Assembly: GCA_965285935.1 (NCBI GenBank)
Contig: OZ260664.1
Location: forward strand, 81,902,001-81,966,000
Length of the DNA stretch: 64,000 nucleotides
Source of the DNA: Ophelia neglecta
Lineage: Eukaryota
Direction of reading: 5' to 3'
Position 1 is the stretch's first letter. The number at the start of each line of letters is the position of its first letter. The notes under the pieces are model-generated. The model saw only the letters and a program-made list of their open reading frames with translations. It was not told the DNA's origin and did no database searches. A program made the translations under genes and the position numbers. Below are positions 47,276 to 62,482 of this stretch, one piece after another.

Positions 47276-50200
47276 GGGTAAAGCCTTTTTTGAGCGTTAC
47301 TTGTTTAATTTACTTGTCGGCTTATACAATGTTTTATAAGGTCATTGCCCAAGATCAAGGTCACAAGGATTTACCAAAAAGGTACACCCACAAGTTTTTT
47401 CTCTTAAGATTATCGGCAAAGGCCAAAAATTTGGCTACCTCAAGAAAAATTAATTTTGCACAGGTTCTGCGAAAAACTTACCAAATCCTTTTTCGCTACT
47501 TAGCTGAAACTTGGCCTTGAATATCACTATTTGCAATTGGAGCTCATAGTTGAAAGTCAGGGTCACACATTTAGCTAAAACTCTGATATTCAATATGTTT
47601 TTTAGAGATTTATGTCAAGCAAAGGTAGCGCTGAGGTGTCCAAATTGCAATTCTAGTTTCCCTTCTCTAACAGTACAGATTGTAGTAGACAGTCCTCAAT
47701 TGGTACGGCCGACGACCAAAGCCGTCGTTGTTGCACGCGGCGGTTATTTTCCTGGACTTATACAGAACAGACAGTCTGCGGAACGGCAAACGACAACGCC
47801 GTCTTCGAGTTACATCCGCATATTGCGGAGTGATTTCCCTTAGCTTACGCAGACTGATAGGCCCTGGTACTGTCGTCTGCCAACACCGACATCGAGTTAC
47901 ACACCTTGACCTACAGAGCAGACAATCCATGCAAAAACAGTGACGGATCTAGGATTTTGGGAAGGGGGGGGGGGGGGCAAAATTTCCAAGGCTGACCTAT
48001 GATTTAGCGAACGGGATTGCTGACCAACCCTCTGAAACCACCTTGCGTGGGTCCAGGAATTGGCCCTGGCACGGCCTTACCTCTTGCAAAGAGGGGGGGG
48101 GGGGGGGGGGCAGGGCATTAATATCGACCAGTGAGAATACAAATCAAATCAAATCAAAATATTCTATTGAGCAGTTGAGTCTGCTGATAAACAAGCTATA
48201 TACCATGCTCATTTCCAATCGTTCAAAATTAACTGTCATACAAATTGTCCGTAAAGCTTACAATTCTAACTACATGGAGATTACAGTACGAAGAAGCTAA
48301 GAAAATACAAGCCCAATATCATTTGGGCATTATACACACTATAACAGATCAGAAGTAACAATCAAGGGCGCTTGGTGGGTATACAACATTCACCCGTATG
48401 ATAATTATATTAGTACACAGTGTGTAAGGAACATTTATGCATGAACTCGTAGCATGAAGACGATATGTATTTCAAGTGGACTGTTTCCCGAGGACGGTTG
48501 GTTGTTTGTATGTATGGACTCGTTTGATTGCAGCGGGGGATTCTTTACAAGATTCATTTGCGTCGGATATTCCTTATTAGTAATTAATGGTTTCTCGGGG
48601 GGTTTTTGTGGGAAAAATGGCAAAAGTTGTTTTACCCTAACTCGTTTGCTGGTCAGCAATACCATGGTAAGGAATTGGGCTTTTTGGGGTACTTTTTCTT
48701 TGGTGGCCTTTTTCTATAAAAATACAATGTATGGGTATCAACAGTTATTTTTGAAAAGAAAACAATTTTATGTACATGAGTATGTTTTTAAATCACTAAT
48801 CGGACAATACCCGAATGTGGGTAGCCGTCCAAATTTTAGTGTGCGGAATTTGTTGGATTCGTCATGCATATTATAAAATTTTCTTTTCAAAGTGATTTCG
48901 AAAAATTCTGAATAACCCCATACGCTAGTTTGAAAAATTTAAAAGTATCAACTGATTCGACAGTGGACAGAATGAAAGCCACAACTCAAACATTTATTTG
49001 AAGACGAATATACGGGTTTTTTTCCCGCGTGTAAGGTTTAGATACGAAGTTGTCGAAGACTTAAAGATGTCTAGACACACAATAATGTATCATTAAAACT
49101 AATCTGTTTTTAAGATTTGTCTTTGGCACAAATAGATTACGGTAAAGTATTTTCACTGCTTGCAGGCAATTGTAAGCTTTATTTGTACTGATATTATTTG
49201 GAATTGTATTAAATTGTAAAAAAAAACCAACAATCAAAAAACGTAATTTATCAATAATATTTGCGAAAAAGATCACATGACGCATTTAGTTCTAGATGAA
49301 ATCAATCGTCAATGCATTGGTGAAATACAGAGCGTCATAAATCTTATAGTCAGCTCAATTACAACATGATACGGGGTCTACTTTTAGGTGTTTTTTTTTT
49401 CAGTTTTGTATAAAAATTCGTCGTTTGGGTACGATAGAATGATCCTTTTCAAAGAAAGAAATGATTGAAAATATGCGTCAACACCATTGATGGGATGAAC
49501 CTCATCCCAGCGACGCCCGTACAGACATAATGTACGTTTTTAAAAACCTCCCTCTGAGCTGATTTTATAAAACTGAAATACCCGTTTTAATCATTTTACA
49601 GGATTTATTAGAATACCATCTTACAATTGAGGTTGTAATTCAATTATATATTTAGTGACATCTTTCTGCAAACATGAAAATGCCTTTATATGTGTACATA
49701 CTGTACAGTAAATTCCGGACATCGGATAACAGTCTGAATAAGGGTAAACTATTAAAAACAGTCATGCTAAATAAATAACAATCGTATATTGTTAACGATT
49801 GGAACTTGGTAAATTGCATTAAAAGTTTAATTGCAAAAAACCAAACAAACATTAATGCACTTTTCTTGTACGGAATTTGGCCCAATTCACAGTGGACTAC
49901 TGATTTTTGGGATTACATCTCCAGACAAAAGTGAAGTGCGGCAAAATAACGAGGCCATCTACCTCCTTAAATATAGATTAGTTTTCCATCTCTGATTATA
50001 AAACATGATCATGCGTGATCTTTTTACGGTTAGACAGCTTCACTCCCCGAGCCTTGAATTTTCCAGAAAAAAGCTACTAACAGCTCCGGCTCATATCCTC
50101 TACCCGTGCATTTAAACATAGATTCTCTTTAATGTGGCTTCGCCAAAAGTCCAAACCGTTGTGTGAAAAATGCGTTGATTGTCTAGTAGGTTTTTAAAAA

Positions 50201-51249
50201 AATTAAAAGATTTTGGAGACTGCCTTATTATTTAGGCCGTTTTCTGACCGTGAGCTATAAATAATCTGTTTAAGTAATGAAAAATAATTGTTACATAAAG
50301 TTTACATGTACTTAAGTCAAGAGAATGCTTTTTAGGAAACCTTCGTCATATGCTCAGATTACATGATGTTAAATTCTTTTGATCCCGTTTTTGAAGAAAC
50401 TAGTAAACTGATCTATGTAGCATGGTCGATTAGGACACGTAACTCGTGAAGTTTAAATGTTATTTTTGTAGTGTTGACACCACACACGTGAAAGTAACTT
50501 ACCCGATCTCTCAGCAGTGATATATGTCACCCAGGTGAACTAGTCAGACATCAACGCCGCAAAGTAAAATTTTGCAAACTTGTATAGGCCTACTGACGTG
50601 AGGTGAATTGTTGCAGCATGAATATATATATTTAATAAACACCTGCACTTGCTGGCGAGTACCGCATGTATACATGAAATTCAGAACTAATACGGAATGA
50701 CGGTACAGTTGTGCACCAAGCATACATACAATACAAAAAATGAACAATAAATATACATACACTTTATAATTATACTTGATTCCAACAATGTTTTGACAAT
50801 TATAGACATATTTACATGATGGCCATATAGTTGGTTCGCGTTCCTAAAGAGGAAAGACTAATTACAGGAGACATTTTGTATTTTTACAATTCCTTGCAGG
50901 CCCTACACATAGTTACCTAGCTATTATACCCTTCTTAGACACATTGACTAGTTTGTATAAAACTAAAGTAGGTATGTATCTCTATTTGTGCGGTGTTTTC
51001 CTATTACTGACAATATCGGCGAGACGCCTATTTGTTGGCAAGTAATGAATATATACGAGATTATCTCTGAAATATAAGGATATAACGATTGAGACCTGTT
51101 GTTTAGATCTTAACATTTTAATAAACAAAGTGACAGATTTTCGAAATCCAACTATTTCTTTGTACACCATATCTTTAATATGGCATATCATGAATAGTCG
51201 TTATAAATTTAAACCTACTTTATGGTAAGTATGACACTGCATTAAGCGA

Positions 51250-52800
51250 CACTCTCCTCCTTGCTTGGCCATTAGAAGCAGGCTAGTAACGCCCTTTCTT
51301 TCTGATTAACAGAACACTGGAGCACCAGTTTGTGTCATCCCCTTTCTCTTTGCACAAAGGACATTCCCCACCACAGTCTGCCTTCCTCCGGTCTCCTTGT
51401 AAATCTTCAGCCTTGAGTAGTATACAATACTGTTTATTTTCCAGGTGATCTCTATATCTATGACAATGTTACATTTTGCAGTAACGTGTAAGTTTTTCAT
51501 TGTTGTTTCGATGGTACAACTCCTGTGCTTAGCCAAGAAGAAAAGTGTTGTCTGAAGGCTCTACTAAGAATGTTTCTATTCCTAGGCACATTGGCCTGTT
51601 TATGACATAGGTGTTGATGTTGGCACATATTCATATCGCGTGAGAGCTCCTATCGACATTTGGTAAAGCATAATTTTTGTGCTCGGTCCAAGAATATTAC
51701 GTGCCATGCATCAAAGTAGTTTATTGTCCAAAACTGTTTCAATCCGTAGCCATCCTTAAGTAGCTAAGTGCTGGAAGTAGCTCGGGGGCAGGTTCTAGAT
51801 TGTTTTGGCATGTTTTCTGTGAGCGACGTCCAATAGTTCTACATATAGTTGGGTATCGGAGAGGTAGATGACTTTAGTACATATACAGGAAGCTAGGGAA
51901 ACACAAGTGTCAAGTAGAGGTCGACCGATACTGGAGTGTTGTATTTTCCATTAGAGGTCGCTGGACCAAAGCTCTAGGGTTATTGTTGTCTTCTAGGCTT
52001 TTCTATCCTGTCTTTTATTACTTGTGTAATTGCTAGTGTGCTGGCGGCCAGTAGCACATGCAGACGAGTAACACACTTTGTCTCCGGGATATCTTTTCCA
52101 TTCATTCGGATTTTCTGGTAAGTGTATTCTTTCACCGAGCTCCACACCTCATGATTTCACATTTGATGGATGACAATTGAGCCTCCACTCTAAACAAGAC
52201 ATTTTTGCTGTTCGACACATATTTTGTAATCTGCTACTGCTCTTAGCAGCAAGCGTGTTATCATTTGCAAAAAGAAACGATGTATCCGACCAATATAACT
52301 AGAACTGTGAGTCGCCCGGTAATGGACTATAAAGGAAAGCTTTTTGTCAGTCTAGTTGAAAATGTAACACATAGAAGTAAGTCAACAATGAATGTTTTCC
52401 GATAAAGTCCTGACGGAGTTCCTACAGTTTTGATAGCTTAGTCTTAGCAATCTGTACACTTTGCCTTTTGGTAAAACAATCAGTCAGTCCATACAGAATC
52501 GAAAGCCTTTAACAATCTAGTAAGGCCACATGGACAGTGTTTGCGGTGCTTTTGTTTTCTTGTCTCATTTGTCTTCATTGTGTAGCGTGTATATTTGACA
52601 CACCCGTTTGACCAACGCTTTTATAATGGGTGTAGAAATTTCTGCTTTCTGTCCATTTGTCTTTAGTTTGTATAACTCGAATAATTACAGTGCAAGGGAT
52701 CTTCCTATAAATGTTTTTCTTGGGAGGATATTTTTTATCACCTCTATACCTTTCCAAAACGATTATGGGATAAGTTCATGTATTAAAATATCCTTGAGTA
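51250..52800 (-). mobile_element. Decayed non-LTR retrotransposon (LINE) reverse-transcriptase region
   Basis: Minus-strand translation across stops and frameshifts gives VHVALLD..KAFDSVW (~52492-52535), FLFANDNTL..LQNM..EWRL..KCEIM (FADD-like core at ~52260-52271), then NGKDIP, IKDRIEK, LYLTLVFP and LDVAHRKHAK, in canonical LINE RT order. Boundaries are approximate. Confidence 0.75.
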
Positions 52801-55800
52801 GTTAAGTTCTTCAGCCTTGTCGCATGCGCTCCGCGGCAACAGCCGATGTCGTGCCCACCCCCCTTGCCTAGTTTCATTGCATTTATCGCCTTTAAAGTTC
52901 GTCTTTCTGTATGAATTCTCCCATTATATTGTTATTTGATTTAATTGATTCGATTTCATATTCTGTCAACTTTGATTCCACGTAAAATTGAGGTCTTCAT
53001 CAATTTTTTCGTCATGGCAGGAGATTACTAGTTTTTCCAAATAATCTTTCCGTTCAATCCTTTTATCATCAGCATCGCTAAGTATTTTCCCATTTTCTCA
53101 GCGTACCATGAAAAAAAAGTTTGACTCGCCTTATGGGCCTCGCTTTTTATTAATTACTTGCCAATACAGTGTCAGCTTCATTTCTCCAGGCCTTATCAAA
53201 TCTTCCTGACCTCTGTCATTCTCATCATGCGTTGAGTTTTATTTGAAAAAAGACCATAGTTTTAGGAATTTAGAGCAATGCTAGACTCGTTAACTAAGTG
53301 ACACCAATTTACCATACCCTCTAAACGTGCTCTCCAAATGGCATTATGTATGGCATAAAACCTTATGTAGATCTACCTAAAGGCTAAAGCTGATATATAC
53401 TTCTCACAGGTTAACAAAATTACACCACATACACAAATAAGCATCCGAACCGTTATCCTCGCTAATTTTAGTCAATAGGGGGAGGGGAGTAGGTGGGTGG
53501 GGGCTTGACATATTTAATCACTTAGTTCCACAAATCACTAAAAAAAACTTCAATCACTAAAGAATGTAGAAAGAGTAAAAAAGAAAGCAGGAACATTATG
53601 TTTTACATTAAGGCATAGAAACTTACATCTTCCTTTTTTGGATACGGATACTGAATATTATAAGTGTTAGGTTTTATACTAGTTAAGCCAGCGTCTCGGG
53701 TTATTGGAACCGTAAGTAGCTACGATGGTTTTAAACTGTAAAAAACTACCGGGGTGAACCGTTCCAAACCGTGGAAAAATTGCGATCCGTGGTGGGTCCG
53801 CGGCGTCGCCGGGACGCCTGGAGCGACCTAGCACTCTTTTTCACGTTAAAACTGTCCCGCTCGTCTTGGTTTAAGAACCGGGGTCACCGTGGTAAACCGG
53901 GATAATGCCGCGTGAAGATGCGACTAGGGCTTTACAGTCCGCCCTGGCAGGATTACTTGTTCGAATATTAAATTTGGACCAATTGTTGTAAATACCTATA
54001 ACCCGAGTGTGACTCAAAATAGAATATTCCCATACCCGGCATTTCAAATTCTATTTTGTAGAGGCCATAGACATGCCGAACACATAAGATGTACCACGCC
54101 GCACTAGGCCATGGTACACATTAAACACTCAGCGCGCATATATTCTTAACATGCTGTAGGCATATATTTAACGAATATTACACCAACAATTATAACTTTG
54201 TGTAACCATACCTTGTCAAAAGTGTGCCTAAAAATCCATAGCCAACTTAAAAGCAAAATTGCCTTTTGAGGACCTTGGCCTAAGGCATGGCTACATATAT
54301 ATCATGTGGGAAAAATAGCCACCCGCATGCATGTGCAGTGAGTTTATCGGGCACTGCCTTATCGGATGAACGTTCCCCAGCGAAAGATAAGTGTCTAAGA
54401 ACGAGGTGAAACTGGAGAAGGAAAAAGATGTCTGCATTGACAGTCGTGCCTGAGCTGTTCGGAACCAAATATTTGCGTGAACTTATTTCGCGTAATTCTC
54501 GTCTTATCCTCGTGTCACGAAAGTAAATTCTCACGAAATGATCATGTTGCGGGCCTAACGAGATTCACTGTATTTGATATATAGTAAGCATGTGGCATGC
54601 AAAATACGAAACTAAATTCCCGCGAAAACGGATTTATCTATGAAACGGCCAACTACGTATTATCATTAGGCCTATAGGCCTAGCGACTATAGGCCTATTG
54701 CGTTTAAATTAATAACGTAATATTTTCACCGCCTTTTAAAGGGACATTCCTGGCACGACAAAATTAAAACTAGACTTTTTCTTGTAACTTTTTTGGGTAT
54801 TATACTGATGGTTTCTTTAATTGTTTGAATGTTATTTTGCGTGAAAGTTGGCTGTGGTTGAATCAAACGGTTTTCTTTAGTGCAGCAGGTGTATCAGAAT
54901 AATCGGGATGAACTGAAACAGGACGCATTGCTTTTCGTTTAATTCTTTCACATTTTCTCAATTTCTTTAATGAATCCGGTTTTACACCCTTGAGGCACCG
55001 AGGCACTTGCTGGTGGTGTGAAAAATTGTTGGGAAACCCGCCCCAGGGAGAATTGTTGTCTTCTGAGCAGCACTTTTAACAGTTTGTTTCGTACTCACAA
55101 AACGACACTAATCGATTACCTTATTGGACAGCGCCTACAGCGGGAAACGTCGAACTGTGAGTTCTATTCAATCTGTTAAGGTGTTGCTGTTTATTCCACC
55201 ATAAACTCACCTATTCGGCATACTTCTTCATGGCTCTGCTTTGGCCACCGATTTAATCGACCTTGATCGCAGGGAACGAAAATCTGTCTTTATTAAAACA
55301 AAATGTTCATAGATTTGGTCTTTTGCTAATCAAGTGTTTATTGTTGTCCATGGGCCGAGTCCCTGAACCAGATGGTTGAAACATTACTTTGCCAATGAAT
55401 TCTGGCCGGCCGCCGAGCTATTCCATCTAAAGTTACCTGGAACTCCTGAGTATTGATTGCCCCTCCTGCCACACATTCACCGACTCATTGACCCCGCTCA
55501 ATGACCCTGAACTCCCGAAGTATCCCCGATTACGCCCTCCTCAACACGCCTTGAAACTTTAGTTTCCAGTGTTTCTTTGAACAGGGGACCAAAAAAACGT
55601 ATAGTTCATGTACTTAAAATCTTCAAGGGGATCCACTTAGAATTTTTCACATCCATGACACATTCTCAAACTGCAAAAATAAACATAATTGTGCCTACCT
55701 GCTAATAATGCAACTAAATGTATTCCTCCTTGAAAAATAAACAAGCCATTGTGAATCGCTTTAATGCAGTTTGTAAATCTTTCCCGCCATGTTTGCATTC

Positions 55801-58800
55801 ACCAGCCTTATCATTGACCGCTAAGCCTTGTCAACGATCGTCTGTCTAAAACCGGTCAATCCGTGCAGGCTGAGGGGTAGATGTTTGGTATTATGTATAC
55901 TAATAGAGTAAATTATCAAATATATAGTTACGGTTATATAGTTATTAAACCTTATCTTAAAATTCTCATATCCCAAATCCGCCTCCCCCCTCGAGCATCT
56001 TGCACTTAACACTTCGTGTTGGCATTAGCATATAGGCCTATGCATGTAGGCTTTTATTATATATAAACTAATATTTTCATTTAACAAACAAAGATTTTAT
56101 TATGAATATCAGATATAAAAGAACAGGTTGTAAATTATATGTAATAAACAATAAAAAAATGTTTGATGCGAAAAAAAAAAACATGAAACTGAATAAAGTG
56201 ATCAAAATAAATTGAAAAATCTACCTTCATAGCATTTGTTTAGTTCAAGATTTCTCAATACTTCACAAAGTCAATTGAGCATGGCTTAAGAAAAACCTAA
56301 CTGACACTTTTCCATTATATTATGACATCAAAATAATCTGTGGGTAGTAACTTGAGGCTCACCAACAATGTGTGTATTTACAACCGTTTCAAATTGAGAA
56401 CTAGAAATCTTAAAAACCCATATTGTCATGTTATTAAAAATAAGGAGCCGTTTATACCTTATTGTTGTACATAAAATGGTACGTTCGTATTTCGGTATAT
56501 ACAAACTGCATGCTAGCATTTCTAGTAGGATGTGTGGTTATCGGAAACCAGAAAATATAGACCTGCAGTAATATTTACACACAAACAGTGAGACCGTCAG
56601 TAAAAGAACTTTTTTTGGACAGGATGCTGAAAGCTAGCGTCCGATAATTTGCCATGCCATACAAGCCTTTTTGACCTGCCACGTGCATATTCTGGCATCA
56701 AAACCTTCGGGGTTGATATTTTGCCTAAAATGAATCAATTTTCGGTCACACTTCGTGACAGGCGATTTTCAATGTCAAGTGCTGTAAAATATATATTTTT
56801 ATAACCTTCTTGACAGGAGAGTTCCCATACGAGACACATAATCACATTAAATTGGTGTTGATAAATATAAAGCATACCTTACGTACATATTGGTCAGTGA
56901 CCATAAAGTATGTTCAAATGTTTTGACCAATATTTTGTCCAAAGACAAGCCACAGGATGTAGATCATCCCATCCCTTGGGGCGCATTAGGAATTGTGAAA
57001 TTATTTCTATCTGGAACAAAATGGCACTGTTTCTGACGTCAGTGCCTCCGGCTAGTTATTGTTCCAAAAACGCAGGTTTTCGACCAGGAACAGAGACCCC
57101 GTGTGCGGTTAAACAGGCAAATATTCATTTTCTTCCAGGCCTGAGGTATTTTTTTAGGGGAACCTGATGATAATAATGATTTTCATTTCAACTTACATCT
57201 AAGATGATTTACCATATGACAAATACCCATCGCAGGTGCCAAGGTTGCAGACGAAAACAAAATGTACCCGGAGGGCTTTATTTTAGCATAGGTGAATATC
57301 AAATATAGAGTGGTCAGTGGCGACCTATGGCCCGCATGTATACCAAGCCTATAGATGCTGGAAATCTCAGTGAAACGTTTAGTAGGAAATAGAGCATATA
57401 TATATGGTCAGACACTGCGAGCACTGCCAGTGTTGGTTCATAGGTCGTCGCGGTGTGGGCTGTAGCTTGTCTTTGGACCTATATCACTGCCATCTGGAAG
57501 AGTGTGTGTAAACTAATATTTTACTATCCAGGCAAGTTTAGATATTGCAATATTTTACATCAAAAATTTTGTTGGTAACAGATGTCAGGATGCGATTGGG
57601 GTTAGTTGAGGGATGATATAGGTCAGTATGGCGGGGGGGGGGGGGGGGTCAGTACAAAAAGAAGACAGATAGCTTTAGCATATTTGGCAAGATCAATGGA
57701 TCAGCTAACAAAATTCGATGTGGGTAATTTATTCTAAATTTAACGTATACTTGTTTTATTTTGGTCAAGATTTGACACAATGATGCCTGTAAGGCATTTG
57801 GGAAGATAACGCTAGGTAATTTAGTGTAGCTACGAGTTTTCAACCGTTTGGTTTATGATATAGTAAGGGAATTTAGGCGCTATTGGTACATCCCCTTGTT
57901 GGTTTAACGTTTGACGTACCCTCTCTCCCCGGTCAGGCAGTCCTGTCTTTGATTATACGGTTTAAGGGAGACAAGTAAACCTCAGGCTCAGTGCAGGCCG
58001 TTTAGTGTCTATGAAGCGACAGATATATTTGGAAAGAGGACAACTGGGCGCAAGAAGGAACCTTACTGCGACTGTGACTGGTTATTGGAGAGAAAACAGC
58101 CAAATTTGCACTAGGGATAACACTTAAGAAAGAGGTAATATTGAATTTAGTTTAGCATTTCTAATCTTCTAAAGGATTCTTTCACATATCGTACAAGTTG
58201 GGTTACTGTGCATTTTGATGGAAAACCATTTTACGTTTTCTAAACAGGTGTCGCGCTAGCATTTCTTCTGCTAAATTTACAAGCTAAACTAACATGAATA
58301 CAACGCATATGGAATAATTAATCCAGAATATTAAACGATACATCAAAACAGATAGACAAGAAGCTAAAACGAATATTTAGATTCTTTAACATCCGCACGC
58401 CCCATCTTGAATTAAGTAATTCAAACTCGTAGATTCGGTATGCATACTGAAAAAGTGTAAATGAATTCTTCGCAGATGCCCGTTTTCTGTCATAGCCGAT
58501 GTATATCAATTATACTTCACACGGTCCACACAGCACATTGGACTTGTAGTTATGATAATGAGTTATTTTATTCAGTGGATGTCAAATGCAAATTACTAAA
58601 CATCTAACGTGTTACTGTAAAACTCTGGATTTCGGCAGCAGGAAAAGTTGGGGATTCCTTTTTTACCATAATTTGGCACTTTTAATTTTGGTAAATTTGT
58701 TTAAAAGACATAATGACTTACGAATTAAATTACCGTGATCTTGAATTTGTCTTAGGAAATGTCGGTCTTTGTAGCAACCGCCAGATCCCTCGAGTTTTCC

Positions 58801-61800
58801 TGTCTGCCAACAGGAAGCGATTTTCAGTACGTCATGCCTGGAAATGGTTTGCAAATTAAACTGAATCCAATAGTTTTCACCCGCGACAGGCAGTGTAGGT
58901 CTATTACAGTAAAATACTACATAGGCCTGCTATAATCAACTTATATATTCATACAAACTGTTAGACTATGCATCGTGCATCCAGGTTAAGAAGTAATGGG
59001 TACGATGTTTTTTAATTTATAAACACTGATGAAGTAAAAATGACCCAAGATACCTATAGTTTTCCACAATGGAGGCATTTATCTTTATCCTATAAAAGAT
59101 ATTCTGGCGTGTGTAAGTGTACCAACGGGTGTTTGGGATCAGGGACAATAATGATTTACAAATCCAGGTAAACTGTTAGGGCAGCTCAGAATAAACATTA
59201 CACTTATAAAATAGGGTTTAAGTAAAGTGTGGTTTCTTTGATAAAAAAAAAAATCACAAGTAGCATACAAAACTTTTTGCGTTTTTCATTAATTATTCGT
59301 GTAACAATAGGGGAAAAAAAATAAGTTTCCTGTGCACAATAACTCAGATTTTTGTGTACATACACCATGTTATTATTCTAGAAAGTTTACACTGAAGTCT
59401 CAATATTCAAGCAAGGAGCGGGTGTGAACACCTATCTGGTACTGCCGATTCTTTATATTTCCTTATAAAGGAACTGCGAATCCACAAATACGCCTTGTTT
59501 GCCCTTTGGAAGCGACATGAATATACGCCCTACATCCTGTCTATTCGTAGAACTGCGCACAAACGCCAAGCATTTAATTACGTATTTGCGAAGTATTAAC
59601 AAATAGGGCCATAGTAATAGTTTTCAAGAATCAAGAATATGCGTCTTAAAATTCAAGGCTGTATTATCACTGAAACGGTGTTGACTGAATTCTCTTTCAA
59701 AGAGTTTATTCACAAGTGTCTGGCTCTACGGAATGTCACATACACTTTCAATCTCCTGATGTAATTATAGCCTACCTCTAATATCTTGGTTAACATGGTG
59801 CGGTCGTATAGCTGGAACAGTTGTGTGTTGCTCTCGAATTGGAACGTGTTAACATTCAAAAGAAACTTGTCATGAAACTTTGGACAATCAGATGCTTGAC
59901 ATGAAGTGTTATGGAACTTAAATTTAATATCGCATAAGCTACGTTGAGACATATTTTCCTGCTCGGTGCGGTTGTCATATGCTACTCTGTTTTGACTGTA
60001 ACGCCCCCGTCAAATCAGTTTAGATTCAGTGTCTCATGACAGCACTCACCCCACATTGGGGAATTTCTCAGCGTTCAAAATTACAATATTCAATGCAAAG
60101 AAACATTTTCAAACATTGGTGCATGGCTAGACCAGAAAGCAATGACTTATAAATTTCTTTCCCAAATACGCAAACAGATGTTCACATTCTTTGGCGATTA
60201 GAGAAAAACGCTACGGAATTCATCTCAACCTAATGTTTACAGGTGTACATAAAGGTTCTTTTATGTTATCGATTATTTAGTGTAAAAGATAGTGTAAAAA
60301 GCACCTTTTTAGAATAACCCTTGAATGCATGAGAATAAATATCACGAAAGTTCAGAAAAGAGATATACGGATTGTTACCAATTGAAAAACAATATTTTTC
60401 CTGTTACTTTTAATGAAATGCTTATTCATAATATGCAAATTCATAAACACAGGATCAGACAGTCATCTAGGCTCCATGTTCCATTTTGTCGAACCTCTAG
60501 TATACAGAAAACTATTAAAGTACAGGGTGTGAAAATTTGAAACTGCATCATGTCGAATTGAGATCCAATGAAAAATATCACCCTTTAAACCAAATTTAAA
60601 AAAGTCTCTGTTATCATCTGGTAACGCTTTGTTAGATTGCCGATAATCTGTGTGGATTCATACAGATTAATCTCAGTATAATTACCTTTTTTTGTTTCTT
60701 ATCACTATAAAATGCCAAAGTATGAGAATAGTTATGTGTGCTTGTCTGCCATTTTTTTGATGTTTTTACTGCCCAGTATTGTATATAGTGTAATCCAATG
60801 ATAGGACGTAAGCTACTTTTGTTCTCGGACATTCCCCCTTTGCCATGTGCCTTTTGGATTAGTTGTAACATACAACGTATACTTTCATCTATTATCATGG
60901 CAATAAACACTTAAATACTTTAAAGGATATAATTTCATTTTTTATCATTGGTTTTTTTTAAGGGGACGCAGCCTTGTAAAAATGGCTTCTATTGACAGTG
61001 TTAGTCAGTTGTCTGGTATGATACGGCCGTAAATCCGAATTAAATGATCATTAAGATCCATCTGAAGGTCCTATATATGATCGGTGGCAAGAATCCATTG
61101 TGAATATGTACATTATTATTTTTTCAATTGTATACAATATGTCAAGATTATATTCCTTTTATCAAATATTAGTGGCGTTTGGGAGTTCCTCGGTTACCCA
61201 GTGGCGGCACGACCTGCTCTTTTATGTCTTTTTTTCCTTCCGACTGTGGTGAAAATGAGCAAGTCACTACATTTTACCGCAATTCTGTAAATATATTAGC
61301 GTGTGACTAGATTCTCTGTTCTAAAAACCCCTCGAACTGCGGCTCATGGAGTTAGTTTTCCCAGTTATCTCTCTGGTAAATATGTTTCCTCTAGGTCAGA
61401 TAGTTATTAATAGATATCGCCATGAGGTTACAGAGTTACTATTTAATTTTTTAACCTTTTACAGTTTTATCTATCGTTGGAGATATTTTCTTGTTTATTA
61501 TGAGTCATTTATTATGTTCAGTTTGCATATATATTAACATGAGGTCATTTGATGATATCTATATTTCATTATGGATAGTATTTATCATTTCGTCAACGTC
61601 CACGAGGAGCACAGATGAATCACCAGCAAAAAGGAGCCTAAAAACAAGGAAATGCAGGAATTATCAGGTTTTTACATGTTTTTGAAGGAGCGTTCACTCG
61701 AGAGCTTGGTTTAAACAGACATAGGTGTAAAACACTGTAAGTTGTGTAGTGTTAGCTTTGGACCTTTTTGTCTCGCTGGCTCTTGGACTAAATATTATGT

Positions 61801-62258
61801 CGATGGGTACATGAGCTCTAAATGGGAAAAAAAACACCCATTTTTGGTAAAAGCTTAGTCGACAAAGTTCACTTACACTCGAATATAGAATAGGTAATAC
61901 TTTTTCAACAAGCAGGGGATTTGTGGGAAAATATCTCGCAAGCGCTGTCCAAAAACACTCAACAGCTCCGGGCTGTTCGTCGTTTTTCTTTTGAACGCAC
62001 AAACACATGTTTATACCATTTTTTTTTTCAAATTTATGGCCCGATAGCGATTTATTGTTGTAATGATATTTAAAGAGCTGCTGAATAGCTGTGATAGAGG
62101 CAAATAGGTAACACGCATGTATATACAGCAAATTGTAATGAATTCAATGGATGCCAGTAGTCCCGTCCCTGGAAGATGCTTTGGATGATTTTCCAGTGAT
62201 CCCCATGAATAACCCCAGTTATCGCTCATGTGCGTTCGTTATATTATAGTCCAAAACT

Positions 62259-62482
62259 GGCTTTTTGTTAAAGGCGAAAGCGAAAGCTTCCGCGAAAGCC
62301 GCAGGGCCTCTTTAATTGAGCTTATATGAACACAATAATAACCCCACCCTTATCCATTTATATCAAAAACAAAATTGAGATGTCTGGGTTAGGGTTGGTT
62401 ATAAAATAACTGATATTTTAGATTATTGTGTAACCAATGCTGCTTTTGCCGTAGCTTTCGCTTTCGCCTTTAACACAAAGCC
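62259..62482. mobile_element. 224-bp MITE with 30-bp TIRs and 9-bp TSD (Mutator/MULE-type signature)
   Basis: GGCTTTTTGTTAAAGGCGAAAGCGAAAGCT vs the right end has one mismatch; TCCAAAACT is duplicated at 62250-62258 and 62483-62491. Confidence 0.9.

Noticed and set aside
53683-54630. CpG-rich patches resembling Harbinger-type and TTCGCG-type MITE fragments
   Set aside because: The inverted termini are too degenerate to support boundaries.
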